A stretch of DNA of 64,000 nucleotides from assembly GCF_009914755.1 (NCBI RefSeq), contig NC_060944.1; one strand, given 5' to 3'. The notes beneath the pieces were generated by a model. It worked only from the letters and a program-made list of their open reading frames with translations, did not search any database and was not told the origin of the DNA. The position numbers and the translations under genes are program-made. Of this stretch, positions 17,063 to 30,345 are shown piece after piece. Source of the stretch: the human T2T-CHM13v2.0 reference genome, Homo sapiens. Within the stretch, counting starts at the first letter, position 1, and each line of letters opens with the position of its first letter.

Positions 17063-18061
17063 ACCCTAAGAGTTTTGCATGACCAAATTGCCTGAGGTCA
17101 GCTGGTATGCTAATACATTAAGCAATAATCATAAAAGTATTTCTACTAATATTTAAGTAAAAGTTCTCCTTGAATTCCAGATAGAAGGAGTTTCTACAGT
17201 AGAATTAACAATTTATTTAGTATGCTCAAATCCTCACATTTTGGTGTTCATGTCCATTAGATGGCTTTGAATTGTTACATTTGTGGCTTATGTATATGCT
17301 AGCTGAATTGTGCTTTGGCCTTTCTTTTCTGATCAGCCATTAATCTGGGTAAAAACTGCTGACTAAATGAGCCCCCTGGCATGTTTTCATATTTGACACT
17401 CTCTATCCAAATCCCTAGAGCAGAGATACTGGTGTAAGTCCTATAAGGGAAAGACAACGACTGTCTTGTTCGCTTCATATCCTCAATGCCCAACATGGTC
17501 TGGACCATAGTAAGTGCTCAGTAAATATTGGTGAAATGAATAAAAGAAACAAGGAATGAACGAGCATTTCTCCCTTTCTATTCATATTTGTGAGTGGCTT
17601 GCTGTCTTCCTATCTGTCTGCCCCATAGGCATCTGTATGGGAAGGACTGGCAGTTGGTGCTACTAAATAAACCCCATCTTGGGTAAATCACTGTCAATGT
17701 GTCTTCTCATCCCAGTTTGGTCTCCACTGGTTCTTGGGCAGAATTTCCCTGAGATGTATCCAAGTCACAGATTTAAAAACTGAAAAGAAAGTTTGAATTC
17801 TCTGGAAATTATAATGTATTCTTCTCAATGGGGCAAAAGGAAATTATACATATGAAGAGCTGCTTAAAATAAAAACAAATAAAAGCAAATGTCTCATTTC
17901 ACCCAGTTTTGGAGGTCAAAGCTCTTGTCCATGTAAAGCAAAGAACTGAGGGTATAACTTATCTTGTGGAATCCTTGAAGAAGCCATTTCCTTGAGCACA
18001 AGACCCAAAATGTTCCTCAGAATGGCTTGTAAAATCCCTCGGAGGGTCCTATGTCCTAATT

Positions 18062-18275
18062 CAGAGGTGGTAAATCCGGGCTCTTGGTCAAACTCAGCCT
18101 GATGCTTGGTTTTGTAAATAAAGCTATATTAGTAAACAGCCACACCCATTCATTTACATATTATCTATGGCCACTTTCCCACAACAACAGCAGCATCAAG
18201 TTGCGCAGAGACCTTCCTGCTGGTAAAGCCTAAAATATTTACCATGTTTAGATAAAAGATTTGCTGACTGTATCC
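18062..18275. mobile_element. MER58A-type hAT element
   Basis: 'ttttgtaaataaagc...acagccacacccattcatttacatattatctatggcc...aaagcctaaaatatttac'. Confidence 0.8.
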
Positions 18276-18759
18276 TAAGTGTCTGGAAAGATTTATCCAT
18301 TAGCCAGGAGGGACAATGATCCTTTCTACATCATTAAAACAACAAAAATGATGGTAGAAGTTATATAACACACTTCAAAAGCACTAGGATTAATGTCAGA
18401 CTTGTTTCAATTATGCCGATATAAAAAGAGTTGGATGTCTTGTTTGTTCATTTATATTGTGCCTCATTCTACAAAGGATGTGAGCTGGTATATAAAAACA
18501 CATACAATATAATAAAAGGTTAAAAAATTAATAAAATTCTAGCCAGAGAAGATACAAATTAAAATAGGAGGTGGAAACAAAATGAAAGTGTTTTTCCATT
18601 TAGGATTTAACCTTTTAATTCTATATTATTTTATATTAATATTGCAACCACTGCCTTTTTCTATTTACTGTTCTATCAAATCTGTTTAGTTCTTTTACAG
18701 TTTTTTTACAATTATCAAATATTTCAAAAATTTTAAATAGTTTTTTGATTAATATTACA

Positions 18760-19420
18760 AACACTCATAACAACACTTAGATTTTTCAAACTAATATTCA
18801 AAATAAAGGTGCCATATTTGTTTGAACATTAAAAAAAGTACAATATTAGCTGGCACAGTAACTTTCCCTCATCCCACTGGCTTCTCTCACCCAAAAAGAC
18901 CTCTGACCTCTGTCTTGAAGGTGGTTCGCATCTTTTCAAATCATATTTTAAAATTTATAACATGTGTAAGTAACTATTGTATATGGTGTTGCTTTCTGTT
19001 TTTTAAAGTTTACATGAATAAGGAATTATTTTATGCATAATATTTTCAACTTGCTTTTATTTCCCAACACTAGATGTTAGAAATTCATCTATGCTAAAAT
19101 AAGTAGATTTAGTGTATTTATTTTAACAACTGTGTAGTAGTTAAAACATATCCCCAATTTGTTTATCCATTACCAATGAATAAACATTTTGATTGTATTT
19201 TAAAGTATTTTTTAAAAGCTTCAGTGGTCATTCTCATACCTTCCTCCTTGTGCAAGGCAGAGGTTTCTCTACGGCTTATTTTTGGAAGAGAGATGGGTAG
19301 GTCTCAGAGTATCTCATGAAGATGAACTTTACTAGATGATAGCCAAATTGCCGTCTGAAGTGCTTATACTACTTCCTATTTCCACCATTAGCAGAGAATT
19401 TTCCTATTTTGCTGTATTCT
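18760..19420 (-). mobile_element. Highly diverged L1ME-type fragment
   Basis: 'aatttgtttatccatt', 'actagatgatagccaaattgcc', 'tttccaccattagcag'. Confidence 0.5.
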
Positions 19421-20219
19421 AAAGAGTAAACCCTCAAAAGGAGGTAGGGGCAGAACAGGAAACAGATAAAATTTAACAAGATACAGCTGGGGATTCTAAG
19501 AAGCAGTACCATGAAAGGCCTCTCAGGTCCTCCTGAAATGTCCTGACTTTACTCTGTAAACAGTGGAAAGCCTTCAAAATCTTTAATATGAATTTTCATT
19601 AATAGGGAAATATTCACTTTGCTTCTTTCTTGAACTTTAAACAAGTTGCTTAAGCAAAAGTTCTAAAAAACGGCCATAACCTCAAATATTTATTGATTCA
19701 GATCTCAGGAATCTAGGAGATTAAGGGCTAAGAATCAGGTGTGGGTGGCTCACTTCTGTCCTTAGTTTCTTGGCTATAATTTGCTGAATGTTCTCTTCCC
19801 CTCCATATCTGCCAGTTGGAAATCTTATGAGAAATGTTCCCTGTTCAAGGACATGAATGACAAGATCCGCATCCAGCACCCTCTGGGCCTATGGGGAAGC
19901 CACCAAAGTAGACTCACATTTTGTTTAAAATGATGGGTGATTGTTCCATCAAGCTCTGACGTTAATGGTTTCGGTTAATCTGATACAATTGAGACAATAT
20001 TTTCTCTTGTCATTATTTCTTCATTTTTATCAAACGTCACTCACTGTTCTGGGTAAAAGCAGATCTAGCCTTCTTCTGAAGCTGCACCTCCAACTTTATG
20101 TGCTGACTTGGAAGGATGGCTGTTTACAGGACTCCTGGGCTGGTTCACCTTCCTTGGATACTCGAGTACTGGAGTGCTCAAATGCATACGTTCTAGAGAC
20201 GGTTTGTTTCATTATAAGG

Positions 20220-20675
20220 TGTGACTAAATATGAACCTGAAAGAGCCAATTCATAAAGATGGATCCCAAATGTAAATAGAGTTATATTAGTAAACTGGGC
20301 CCAAATTTAAAATAAAGCCAAGTAGCTATTTGCTGACTAGATGTCTCACACACACACTTTGAGTTCCCTGAAAACCGACACTTGTGTTCAGCTTTGGGAC
20401 TCGGTTGAAGCTGAGCCCTTTCTCAACCAATCATTGTTCAGCTGCCTCAACCAATCAGGACTCAGCTGCCTTGACCAATCAGGGTTTATTTGCATAGGTG
20501 AACCTGATTGGGAACTTGGGCAGGAACTTTCAGTAGAAAACCAGAGCTCTCCCTTCGCTTTCTGGTACACAACTTAGTTTTTACACTGAAGGCTGCATGT
20601 CCCCAGTTTGCAGACTGTACACCAGAATAAAATCTCTTTTCTCCAAACTCCTTTTCAAAAAAATTTTCATTCACA
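20220..20675 (+). mobile_element. LTR47-like (ERVL) solo LTR
   Basis: TG...CA ends; 'cctgaaagagccaat...agatggatccc', 'atttgctgactaga'; repeated CCAAT; AATAAA near 3' end. No clear TSD. Confidence 0.7.
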
Positions 20676-21344
20676 GAAACATGTTCAACATTCTTTTTTC
20701 CCTGAGCAAACCCACTTAACTTTTCTCCTCCAGCCTTCCTAGGTCAGAGTCACAAGTTGTGCCAGAGGCAGAACAAACTAGACACTTAGGAACACAATAA
20801 ATAGCAAGCATCTGCTCCAGCACCTCTGAGGAAGGTGTGTACATACATACAGAGTAGGACTTCTTTCATTTATGAATACTCTACATCTGATCTGGAGCCT
20901 TTTTCATTTGCAATTAAAAGAAAAAGACTTTAAAAATAGGAGAGATGAAAACAGAAGCCAAAACCCTAAGCAGTGTGGGTGGGGACGTGGAGCTGGGTGG
21001 GGACGTGGAGCCAGCCCTAAGGATGGCTGGGGACCGGTCCTCTGCTTCCTGCATCCGCTTCTCTCTGGTGCTTGCCTCGTTTTCCCTGGCCGACTGTCAG
21101 AGTGAAGCCGGGGTAATGGCTCCTTCTGGAACCGTGGGGCTTGCCTCTTCACATTACAGGGACCAGTGAGGAAACAGGACCCTCCACATTGATTCCAGCT
21201 ACAGTCCTCATAGAGAACTCTGACTGGGTCAGCCTGGGTCAGGTGCCCACCAGGGTCCAGGGTATCAGAGAATGATGATTGATAGTTCCAACCTCAACAA
21301 ACAAGTAAACAGGAGGAGTAAACATTTTACCTGAAAAACAAGAA

Positions 21345-21430
21345 GGGCTGTTCTGGACAGACAAAACCATAGATGTGATATACTCTGATTTTGCCACAAG
21401 GGCTTTATGCCACAACATACCAGAATTTTC
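21345..21430 (+). mobile_element. Possible CR1/L3 reverse transcriptase remnant
   Basis: Translates to DKTIDVIYSDFA, resembling the CR1 RT motif (V/I)DVIYLDF(S/A)KAFD. Confidence 0.4.
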
Positions 21431-23505
21431 CAGCCTCAGATAGCTTTGCCTTGACAAATGTTGCACGGTAAAGAATTTTCTTCGGTTACAGAATCCTTTT
21501 TTGGTTTTCCAATTCTAATGATTATTTTACTTGTTATTTCAAATACCTGAGCATCCTCTGAACTTTCCTCTGGCCTATGTATCTCTTGAAGGCAAATACT
21601 TGCTCCAAACATTACCCAAAACATGAAGGTTCAGGGGCTTTGCTGAGATCATAGTGCCATGTCCTCTCCTGTGGTCAGTGATGCCAGTTTTCAAGTGGAT
21701 CCTTGCCTTGTAGTAATTTTGGCTGGATGGGGATCATGCTGAATGACTCACATCCAAATAAAATGAGGACAGCACAGAAGGAGCACTCTTAGGCCGACTG
21801 CAAAAGTGGGAGAGCTGCTCACGGCCAGTCCAACTGTGCTCCCTCCCAGTCTGCCTTCAATGGTGGCTGCCTTCACAGGACAGATTTGGATTTAATGTGT
21901 GTTTCATAGAGAGTAAAGGGAAGACTTCATCTCTGGAAAGTCATTTTACAGCTGAGAAAACCGAGCCCCAGAGATGTCACATGACATGAACAGAGCCATG
22001 CAGCCCATGAGATCCCCTAAGGAACTTCACAACAGAAAACATCAATTAGGTGCCTGCTGTGTGCATCCATCGCTGGGCCCTTTGAGTAGGATAGAGAGTA
22101 GAGGAGGCTTAAAGCATGGTTCCTGCCCCCTGTGAGCCTCCAGTCCCAGCTCTGCAGCCACACACGTCAAACTCTAAAAACACAGGGGCACATTTGACAT
22201 TTTTCCAAATAGAAGACCTTACAAAATAGTCAAATGAATTTCAAAATTCAGGTTGTCACCAACCATCTATCCCGTATGTAGGGCTTACTTCACCAAGTGA
22301 ACAAATTTATTACAGCACGGAGATACTTCATGCTAATTCTAACACGTTGCCTGTTGTACCCTGGCCACAGCTCTGCAGGTAGCAACACTGAATAAATACT
22401 ATGACCACCAGCGCCTCTTGACTAAGGATGATCTCAGGATTGGCCCCTGTGGTCTTCTAAGGGTTAACTGGGGAAAAGAGTGTGGGATTCCAGGGTCTGC
22501 AGTTGATTTCCAAGAGTCACTCCTTGAGGGGCCACTGCCAGCACAACATCTGGCATGCACCTGAATAAATCCCAGAAGTTTCCTTTTCAATATTGTATAA
22601 ATTCTGCACCTTGGCTCATGGCTATTAAACCCACCGTGGCAAGATCTCCGCAAGCATGGCAGTATTTCCTTCATGAGGGAGGACCACTCCAAGGACAGCA
22701 GTATGAAGCCATCTTTGCCCACCGCATACCCCAGAGCCTCCAGATACAGCTGTCGTCTATGCTCCTGCTAATAATTCCATTTAACTCACTCATTTTTTGG
22801 AAACAAGCTTTTCATTTGGAAATGGGCATTCTCATACACTTTCCTACCACCAGATTCCTTCTCCTCCTCTTCCAGACTCAATTTCATCCTGGAAAGCATA
22901 GCCATGGGTACCCTGCCAACCCCTCCCTGTGCATTCTGGTCAGCCAAGCCCTGTCACTCAATGTGGCTTCAATTAAAAGCAGACCCCTTGGAGAGGGCCG
23001 CCACCTGCCTGCCCTCCTTCTTTCTCCTTTGCTCCAAGCTCATGTTGCTGAACAGAATTCTTTAAGGGACTCTTGGCAAGGTTGATCATCCTCAGTCCTG
23101 GCCTCCAGTTGCTTCCCCTGAATGAGAGTTAGAACTGGAATTACAGTGTATTGGAGACAAACAGGTTCTATAAGGTTATTTGGCCCCATAGCCCCATTGT
23201 GCAGATGAAAGAAATGGTCTCCAAAAGGATCCTGCTGCTGTCAGGCCAAGCAAGGGTCCTTAGGCCTCATAGCCTCATGTGTGCTCTGCCCTCTGCTTTG
23301 TGTATGCTTCTCATCACTGCACCCTTCTGGCCAACTCCAGCTCACCATTCTTTGCTGAGCAATACGGGCACTTCTGGGAAATTATCTTTGCTCCCTCCCC
23401 CCATCTCTTGCCCCTCCCATGGAATTTGTTATTTTCTCTTTGGACTTCTAGTTTTTCACAGCACTTCTGTTACAGCTTCTCACAGTGTATCAGACAGACA
23501 GATTC

Positions 23506-23938
23506 TGTCCTAGTTTGCCCCCCTTCCCAAAAGCAAATCCTAAGACAAGGATTCCTAATGACAGCAGTGGATGTGGGAGTCAACCCTGGGAACCACGAGT
23601 GGGATATGTGGAGGGATGAAAATCTATAAAGGATGAGGTATTGAGCAGGTTCTGCCTATGCACAATGGAGGCTCAATCCCACTGGGACCCCATGCATAGC
23701 CTGAGAAAGACACGCCTCAGGGCAGTAAAGAGCAGGAAAGCTGGTGCATTTATTTACCAACTGTGGGGCCTCATTTTGGGGGGCCTGCTCCTGGAACATA
23801 AACTGTCTGGCACTTCCAGCCCCTTCAAACTCTGAGCAAAGCACTGTCCTCAGCCAGAGGATGCTTCCAGGCAGAGATATCCTGAAACAGTCTGCAGGGA
23901 CCCCCAGTGTTGTCCAAGGACTGACAGTGGCTTCTACA
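23506..23938 (-). mobile_element. LTR33/LTR16-like ERVL LTR
   Basis: 'aaagcaaatcctaagacaaggatt', 'ggctcaatcccactggga', 'catttatttaccaact'. Confidence 0.6.
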
Positions 23939-26900
23939 GAGGCTAACTTGCCTGTGTCCCCCAGAGAAGCACAGCCTGGATTGCATTCATCTCAGCAGAC
24001 CCAAGATGTGGTGTCTAACAGGCACATTCATTATTTTCATTTAACTTAAAAAGGAATTAAGCCAATTAATAACCTCACATAACTAAGGGACAGGCACAGA
24101 ACTTGTAGCATCCAACTTCTGATTGGATGTTTCTCCAAGGTATTGCATTTCTCAGAATTTTCAACCAGATCATCCCTCTTCTAATATCAGAAGTACATTC
24201 CCTCAAGTCCTGGGGACCTAGTCCAAAGTAGCCTTCCAGTAGCAAGATTTTAAAGTGTATTTCTGAAATCTTTATGAATTACATACTTTTCTACAATTCA
24301 TGCACATTTCATTTAGTATTTTTAAACATTAAAATTACCAGTTAAAATTATCAACAATTTTTTGTACATATTTTGTGAGAAATTGATGTTCCAGCATAAA
24401 TTTTCTGTGGCTATCTCCGGGCTTCATGTGTCTCCTAGCTCAGGCTATTCCCCAGGTTGAGAGTCACAATCCTCCTTTCCATGTGGAAACTACATGTGAT
24501 AGAGATTTAGTTCTGGGAACTCTGCCATCCAGCATGTTAGGGGTCTCCTGCTTTAGCCTTGGGATCCATGTCGATAAGGGGAGTTGCTGAACCATTGGGC
24601 TAGGGCCCCATGAATACAGAATTGCTGCTGAAGCAAGTGAGAATCCAGGAAGCAGCATAGTGGGAAGAGGGAGGAACAGGCGCATGAAGAGTTAGACTTG
24701 AAATGTGTCTTCTGAAGGGGCTGGTTCATGCTTGGTGTTTTTCCCATGCCTCCTTCGTATGTGTGGATTGTTCCTGACTATCTGCCCTGCCCCACATCAC
24801 CATATATGCTTCCAAGAAGAATGCTCTTACACCACAACTGTGGCCAGTGATAGAGAGTCTCCTGAAGATTTTGTTAGGGGTGAAGGCACTATAGTTAGTG
24901 GAGGTCTCCATAAAGCAACTTTTCCTAGGTCTTCCTTCTTGGCCATGCAGAAGATAAATCACTTTTTAAATCTTTCTCTTTCCTTAATGCATTGCCAAGC
25001 CTTTCGGCTTTTGGCTTCTCTGCTCCTGGACTCCCCTCTGACCCTTCTCCTGGCTTTATAGGGGTGGTTTTCCCCACAGCCTTGGCCACATATCAGTACT
25101 CACTGCCATGCATACCCCATCCCTTCTCACCATTAAACCATAAAGGACCCTCCAATTACAAGTATTCTACATCTTTAGCAAGAATCTCCAGAATTATAAA
25201 TATATATGATTCTTTTTCCTCTTGTATTCCTTATAACCATGAGCAGAAATAGAAGTAAACTCCAAATCCATTTCACTTGGATGAAATAGATCAAACATCC
25301 AGTATTTCATCTTTACTTTGAATGTTTAATAGAAGACATTAATAGATGGAGTTAGTTTGAATATCATCAGATACACACAGATACACACAAATTTATATGT
25401 ATGTGTATGCATACAGAAAAAATAATATTTGAAAAGAGGAAGCTCGTGGATATTGCCTCTCTGCTTCACGTTCCTGCCTTTCTCACCTCCACAGTTCCCC
25501 AGTAAACATTCTTCCCTCAGCTCTGATGCCCCCATGGCTGGGAAGTTTACCTTGGAATCCCAACTAGAGACAGGATTGATTGTCACCTGTTTGTTCTTTC
25601 AGGCTTTGCTTGTGCTTGCATTATGGTGAATTAGAGAGAGGGGCTGTCTCAGATTGTGCACCCTCAAGACAGATCATGAGATGAGGATTCTATTGAGAGC
25701 TGATCTCAGGCAAGTTTACTCAACATTTTATAAATGTTACCCCATCGTAAGCATAACCCCTTCATCTCAGTCCCTCTGAGAAGCGGAGCCTAGCACAGAA
25801 GTTCTACCCTTCAGTGATTCACTGCCCACGGTCCCCTTGGCCCAGTCCCACTGCCTCTGACCTTGTTGTTACCCTGGGGTGCTCCAGGGAAACACTTTGT
25901 TTGGAAGTACACTGTGTTCCTTGGGCGGGGCTTCAGGTCCCTTGGTTCTGAAGCATTTTTCTCAATGCATTCCCATCTACTCATCATCTTTCAGAACTTT
26001 CCCCCATGTCTGGCCTGCCTGAAGCCCCACTCCCTGCTTTCCAGAACAACGATGGGTTTTGCTGAGTGGCACTTACTAATGGGCCAGGTGGGGAATCCAT
26101 TGCATTGTGGGGGAAAGGTGTCAAGGTTCGCTGGCAGAAAAAAATGTGGTAAGTTAGTTATTGAGGGAAGAGTGTTCAGGTCAAGCAGACAGTGGGAGTG
26201 GCCTCCAGTACTAGGGGAGAAGCCAGTGGACTCATGGGCTGTTTTGTCTTCCTGCAATGGTTAGCATCAAGAGAGCTGAGAACCAAGTATTTTACTGAGT
26301 ATAATCAAGGCCTTGTCAAAGATAAAACCTGACTGGCTACACCCCTGGTTACTGGGATATGCTGTCCCTCCATTATAATTAGAAAAAACACACCTGCGTG
26401 GAGTGAAGGCTCAATGTAGGGATATGCTGTTCCTACATTACAATTAGAAAAAACACATGTGGATGGAGTGAAGGATAAATGGGGGCAGATCAAACTTTCT
26501 TCCTGCCTTGGAGGGAAGTGTAGAGGTCTGCTCAGGAAAGAGCATCAGAAGGAAGATGAGATAATGAAGCACCACCATTTGGATTTTGTATAGAAGGAAT
26601 GTGGCTTGCAGGCTGCTGAGCTTCAGGGTAGTTTTCATCTCTGATTTCTCCCCATGGGAGGTGGCTGCCAAAAGCAATGAATCAGGCAGTAGAATGTCCA
26701 CACCCTCTCATCTGTTCTAATCCATCTTTACCCAGAACTGCCTAAGGATAAATCAGCATGAAGCTGCGCGATGGAGGGGCGTGTTGTGATCTGCTGCTGC
26801 CCGGTCATGATCAGCTATTTCCACACGTCAGCACGTTTATCTCTTTGCTTAAAGCTATTTGGGTTGGGATTCCTATACAGTGCTGTTGAAAGTCCGTATC

Positions 26901-28299
26901 TAATATATTCTCAATTTGGATGAAAGTTTTCGAGGGAGAATGATGGTTCTCAGCAAGTCAAGAGATTTCAGAAGAATGGTGTGAGAAAAGTATGGAATTT
27001 GAAGAAAAGTGCACAGCTGTTTAATATCATGAAGTCCTGGTTTTTTGCAAAGTGAAAAGTTTAGATCATAGGGTTAGCTGAAAATTAAATAAGATGATAC
27101 GCATACATATATATTTGTATATGTATACACATATGTATCCCGTATATGTGTGCATGTGTACATGTATGTATATGTGTGTACCTAAATCCACATGGCAATA
27201 ATCCACGTTCCACGTGATCCACTCTCCACATGAAGTGAACACAAAGACCCTCAGGCCAGTCACTGCAGAATAACTAAAAAGGCATTCCATTTGTAGTTTC
27301 TGTCTACCGTTTTACTATTTAAGGAACTAAATTTATTACCCACATCCACACTTGTAAAATCTTTTGAAATTTCCTTAAAGCACCCTGGAGCCTCTCCTGC
27401 CACACTTCAGCCCCAACCTTTGCCTGTGCTTCCCCCTTCCTTCCCCTTCTAGCCTTTCTGCTTTTTCGTCCAGAGATACACTGAAGACATAGTTCATGTG
27501 TATTTGTTAAGTGAATGGAGCCTCAAAAGATCAGCCTTCCTGGGCCATCTTAACAAGAACAGAAACTCACGATGCCCTCTTTCTACACAGATGTCAGAGC
27601 TTATCATTATTACGCCAATACAGTAAGAGGCAAACTGCATAATTAGTAAGAATTTCATCAAGAACAGCATTTTCCCAGGGGGAAACAGAGACTGCAATCA
27701 GAAGGCAATGTGTTTGGTGGGGCAGGGGATGCTGAAAGCCCCCTGAAGGAGTGGGGAAGAAATCAGCTATGACACTCAGTGCTATGACTGCAAGACAGCT
27801 GCAGACACCCTGCTAATTTCAAACCTAGCTGTTATTCAATATGGATCTGGGCTTTATCGTCTCTAGATAATTAGTAATATTTGTCCTTAGGAGGTGTGCT
27901 TTCTTTAATGGGGGTCAAAGACATTTGAAGTTCTCTTTAGTGGTAATAGGGCGCTGAACAGTGCTGAAGTTCTCTTCAGTGGTAATAGAGAGAGAGAAAA
28001 AAAACTCAAATGGAACAAGTGTGTCCAATGTCACCCATGTGAATAAAACTCCTCATCCACAATGATGTAAGGGTGTAGGACAATGGCCAGGTTGCTCACA
28101 CTGGGCGGGCCACCCTTCAAGACTCAGACTTTGGGGAGATTGAAGGAGGTCACTTTCTGGGAAAGAGCTCATGTTTCCTTGGGCAGAGAGCAGACTTTCA
28201 TAGAGAGATTTCAATGCAACCTCCCACTCCTGCCCCCATCTGCATGCTGAAGGACCAGAGAGAGATAGGGAAGTGTGCACAGAGCACCCTGGAGCAGAT

Positions 28300-28694
28300 G
28301 CTGTGGGAGGCTGGACCAGACCTCCAGGTGCCTTTTTCTGGGTGCTCTGGGGGCTGCTATGAAGACTCTCAGTGGTGACTTCTCCAGAGGACTTCTGAGC
28401 TACACCTCTCCACCCTGGAGCACCTGGAGACCCTGATGGACTGAGGCAGTGTATGAAAGCCCAGCTCCCTTGCCTTAAACAACTTAGACTCTCTCCTGCA
28501 GCTGTGCTCCAGAACAGCTCCCCTTGGGATTTGATTCAGTCCCATTTCACCAGAAGCCACACCTTTGCTCTGTTTCCCTTTTTCCATCCTCTCCCCTCTC
28601 CCTTCCAGGTGTCTCCTGTGGAAATCTCTCAATCAATCACCTACACCAGAATCTCTACCTCAAATTTTCCTTTCAGGGACCTCAACTTAAGACA
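28300..28694 (+). mobile_element. LTR16/LTR33-like ERVL LTR
   Basis: Ends 'aatcacctacaccagaatctctacctc...aacttaagaca'. Confidence 0.55.
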
Positions 28695-28700
28695 GCTCCC

Positions 28701-29178
28701 AGCTTCATCCATGTCACTGCAAAGGACATGAACTCATTCTCTTTTATGGCTGCATAGTATTCCATGGTGTATATGTGCCACATTTTCTTTATCCAGTCTA
28801 TCATTGATGGGCATTTGGGTTGGTTCCAAGTCTTTGCAACTGTAAATAGTGCTGCAATAAACATACGTGTGCATGTGTCCTCAGCAAACTAACACAGGAA
28901 CAGAAAGCCAAATACTGCATGTTCTCATTCATAAGTGGGAGTTGAACAATGAGAACACATGGACACAAGGAGGGGAACATCACACACTGGGGTCTGTCAG
29001 GGACTGGGGGGAAAGAGGAGGGAGAGCATTAGGACAAGTACCTAATACATGTGAAGCTTAAAACCTAGATGATGGGTTGATAGGTGCAGCAAACCACCAT
29101 GGCACATGTATACCTATGTAACAAACCTGCACGTTCAGCACATGTAGCCCAGAACTTAAAGTAAAATAAAATAAAAAA
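28701..29178 (+). mobile_element. L1PA7/8-like insertion with inverted 5' segment
   Basis: 28701-28879 is ORF2 end on -; 28880-29178 is last codons, 3'UTR and polyA on +; TSD AAGACAG(C/T)TCCC at 28689-28700 and 29179-29190. Confidence 0.93.
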
Positions 29179-30345
29179 AAGACAGTTCCCTTGTGACAAA
29201 GGGCTGGCTTTCTTTTGGGGTTGCAAAGATGGGCCATGCCATCTCTCTGTCATAATAATTGCATTCTGAATTATTCTAAATCTGTTGAAGATCCTCGGAT
29301 CTAGATGTGCTAATTTTAATGACTCTGAAGAGAAGAGTAAGCATACTCTTCTGGCTACAGGCTAAAGTAGTTCTGCTGGCTAAAATGAGATGCGCATCTC
29401 TCAGACAGCCAATGGGGCTGCAAAGTTAAGAAAATAGTCTTTTATTCTTGGTGACAGCACCATTCCAGTAATGTTAGTGGTGCTACCTGCTTTCGCAGGC
29501 ATCTGATATCAGAACACATGCTCTGTTGGCGCTAGCCACAGAACACTTGCTGATGTGATCCTTTCTTCCACTCCCAATGGAGGTGATGGTTTTGCTTCCA
29601 CTCCAATGTTTTCAAGATGAGGAGATGACCCCAACTGGCTTTGTTTTCTTTACATGATTCTAAAAATAACAACTATCTTCTTTTATGTGTTATTCAAAAC
29701 TGGTCCATGAATTCCCCAAGATGCATCTCCTTTAATGTGTGTTAATTTAGGAACCCCAAAAGCAACAGCAGAGAAGATAAAGTATCTCAACATATGTTAT
29801 TTTTAAATTCTTAACATCTGAGAAGCAAAAAGCAAAATATGCTAAAAAAAAAAAAAAAAAAGGAAAACATGTGAAGCCAAAATGTGCCTTCTGGCCTCTG
29901 ATTTTCTGTGTAGGTAAATCCTGCTTCTTTGAAGCCTGTCTACCCGCTCACCAAAGCATTCCCCAGGCTAGGACTCCCAAGAAACACCATCTGGTCATTC
30001 CAACCCTGAACATTCCCTCCTTGTCTGATCACCTATTAATTATATGGCATATTTCTATTTAATAATATCACATAGCCATTGGGGCTGAGATCACTGGGAT
30101 GGTTTCATAGAATTTGATTCAAACCCTGGCCCCAGGACATACTGTGATCCTGAAGGACTTACCTGAATTACTTGAGCCACAGTTTCTTCTTCAGGTGCAT
30201 GAGCCTGATATTTTGACAAGGCTGTGTATAAAGATTAACTGAAGTATTGGATCTCAGAAGCCCAACTGAACAGACTCTCAATACATATTCCCCTGTTCCT
30301 TGCTTTCCTCATGTTATTCATTATTTTTTATATGGGGAATCTGTG

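Noticed and set aside
22555-23085. 176-aa ORF
   Set aside because: No recognisable domain or convincing exon structure
27926-27988. 24-bp direct repeat with 15-bp spacer, superficially CRISPR-like
   Set aside because: Only two copies in mammalian DNA; an ordinary local duplication
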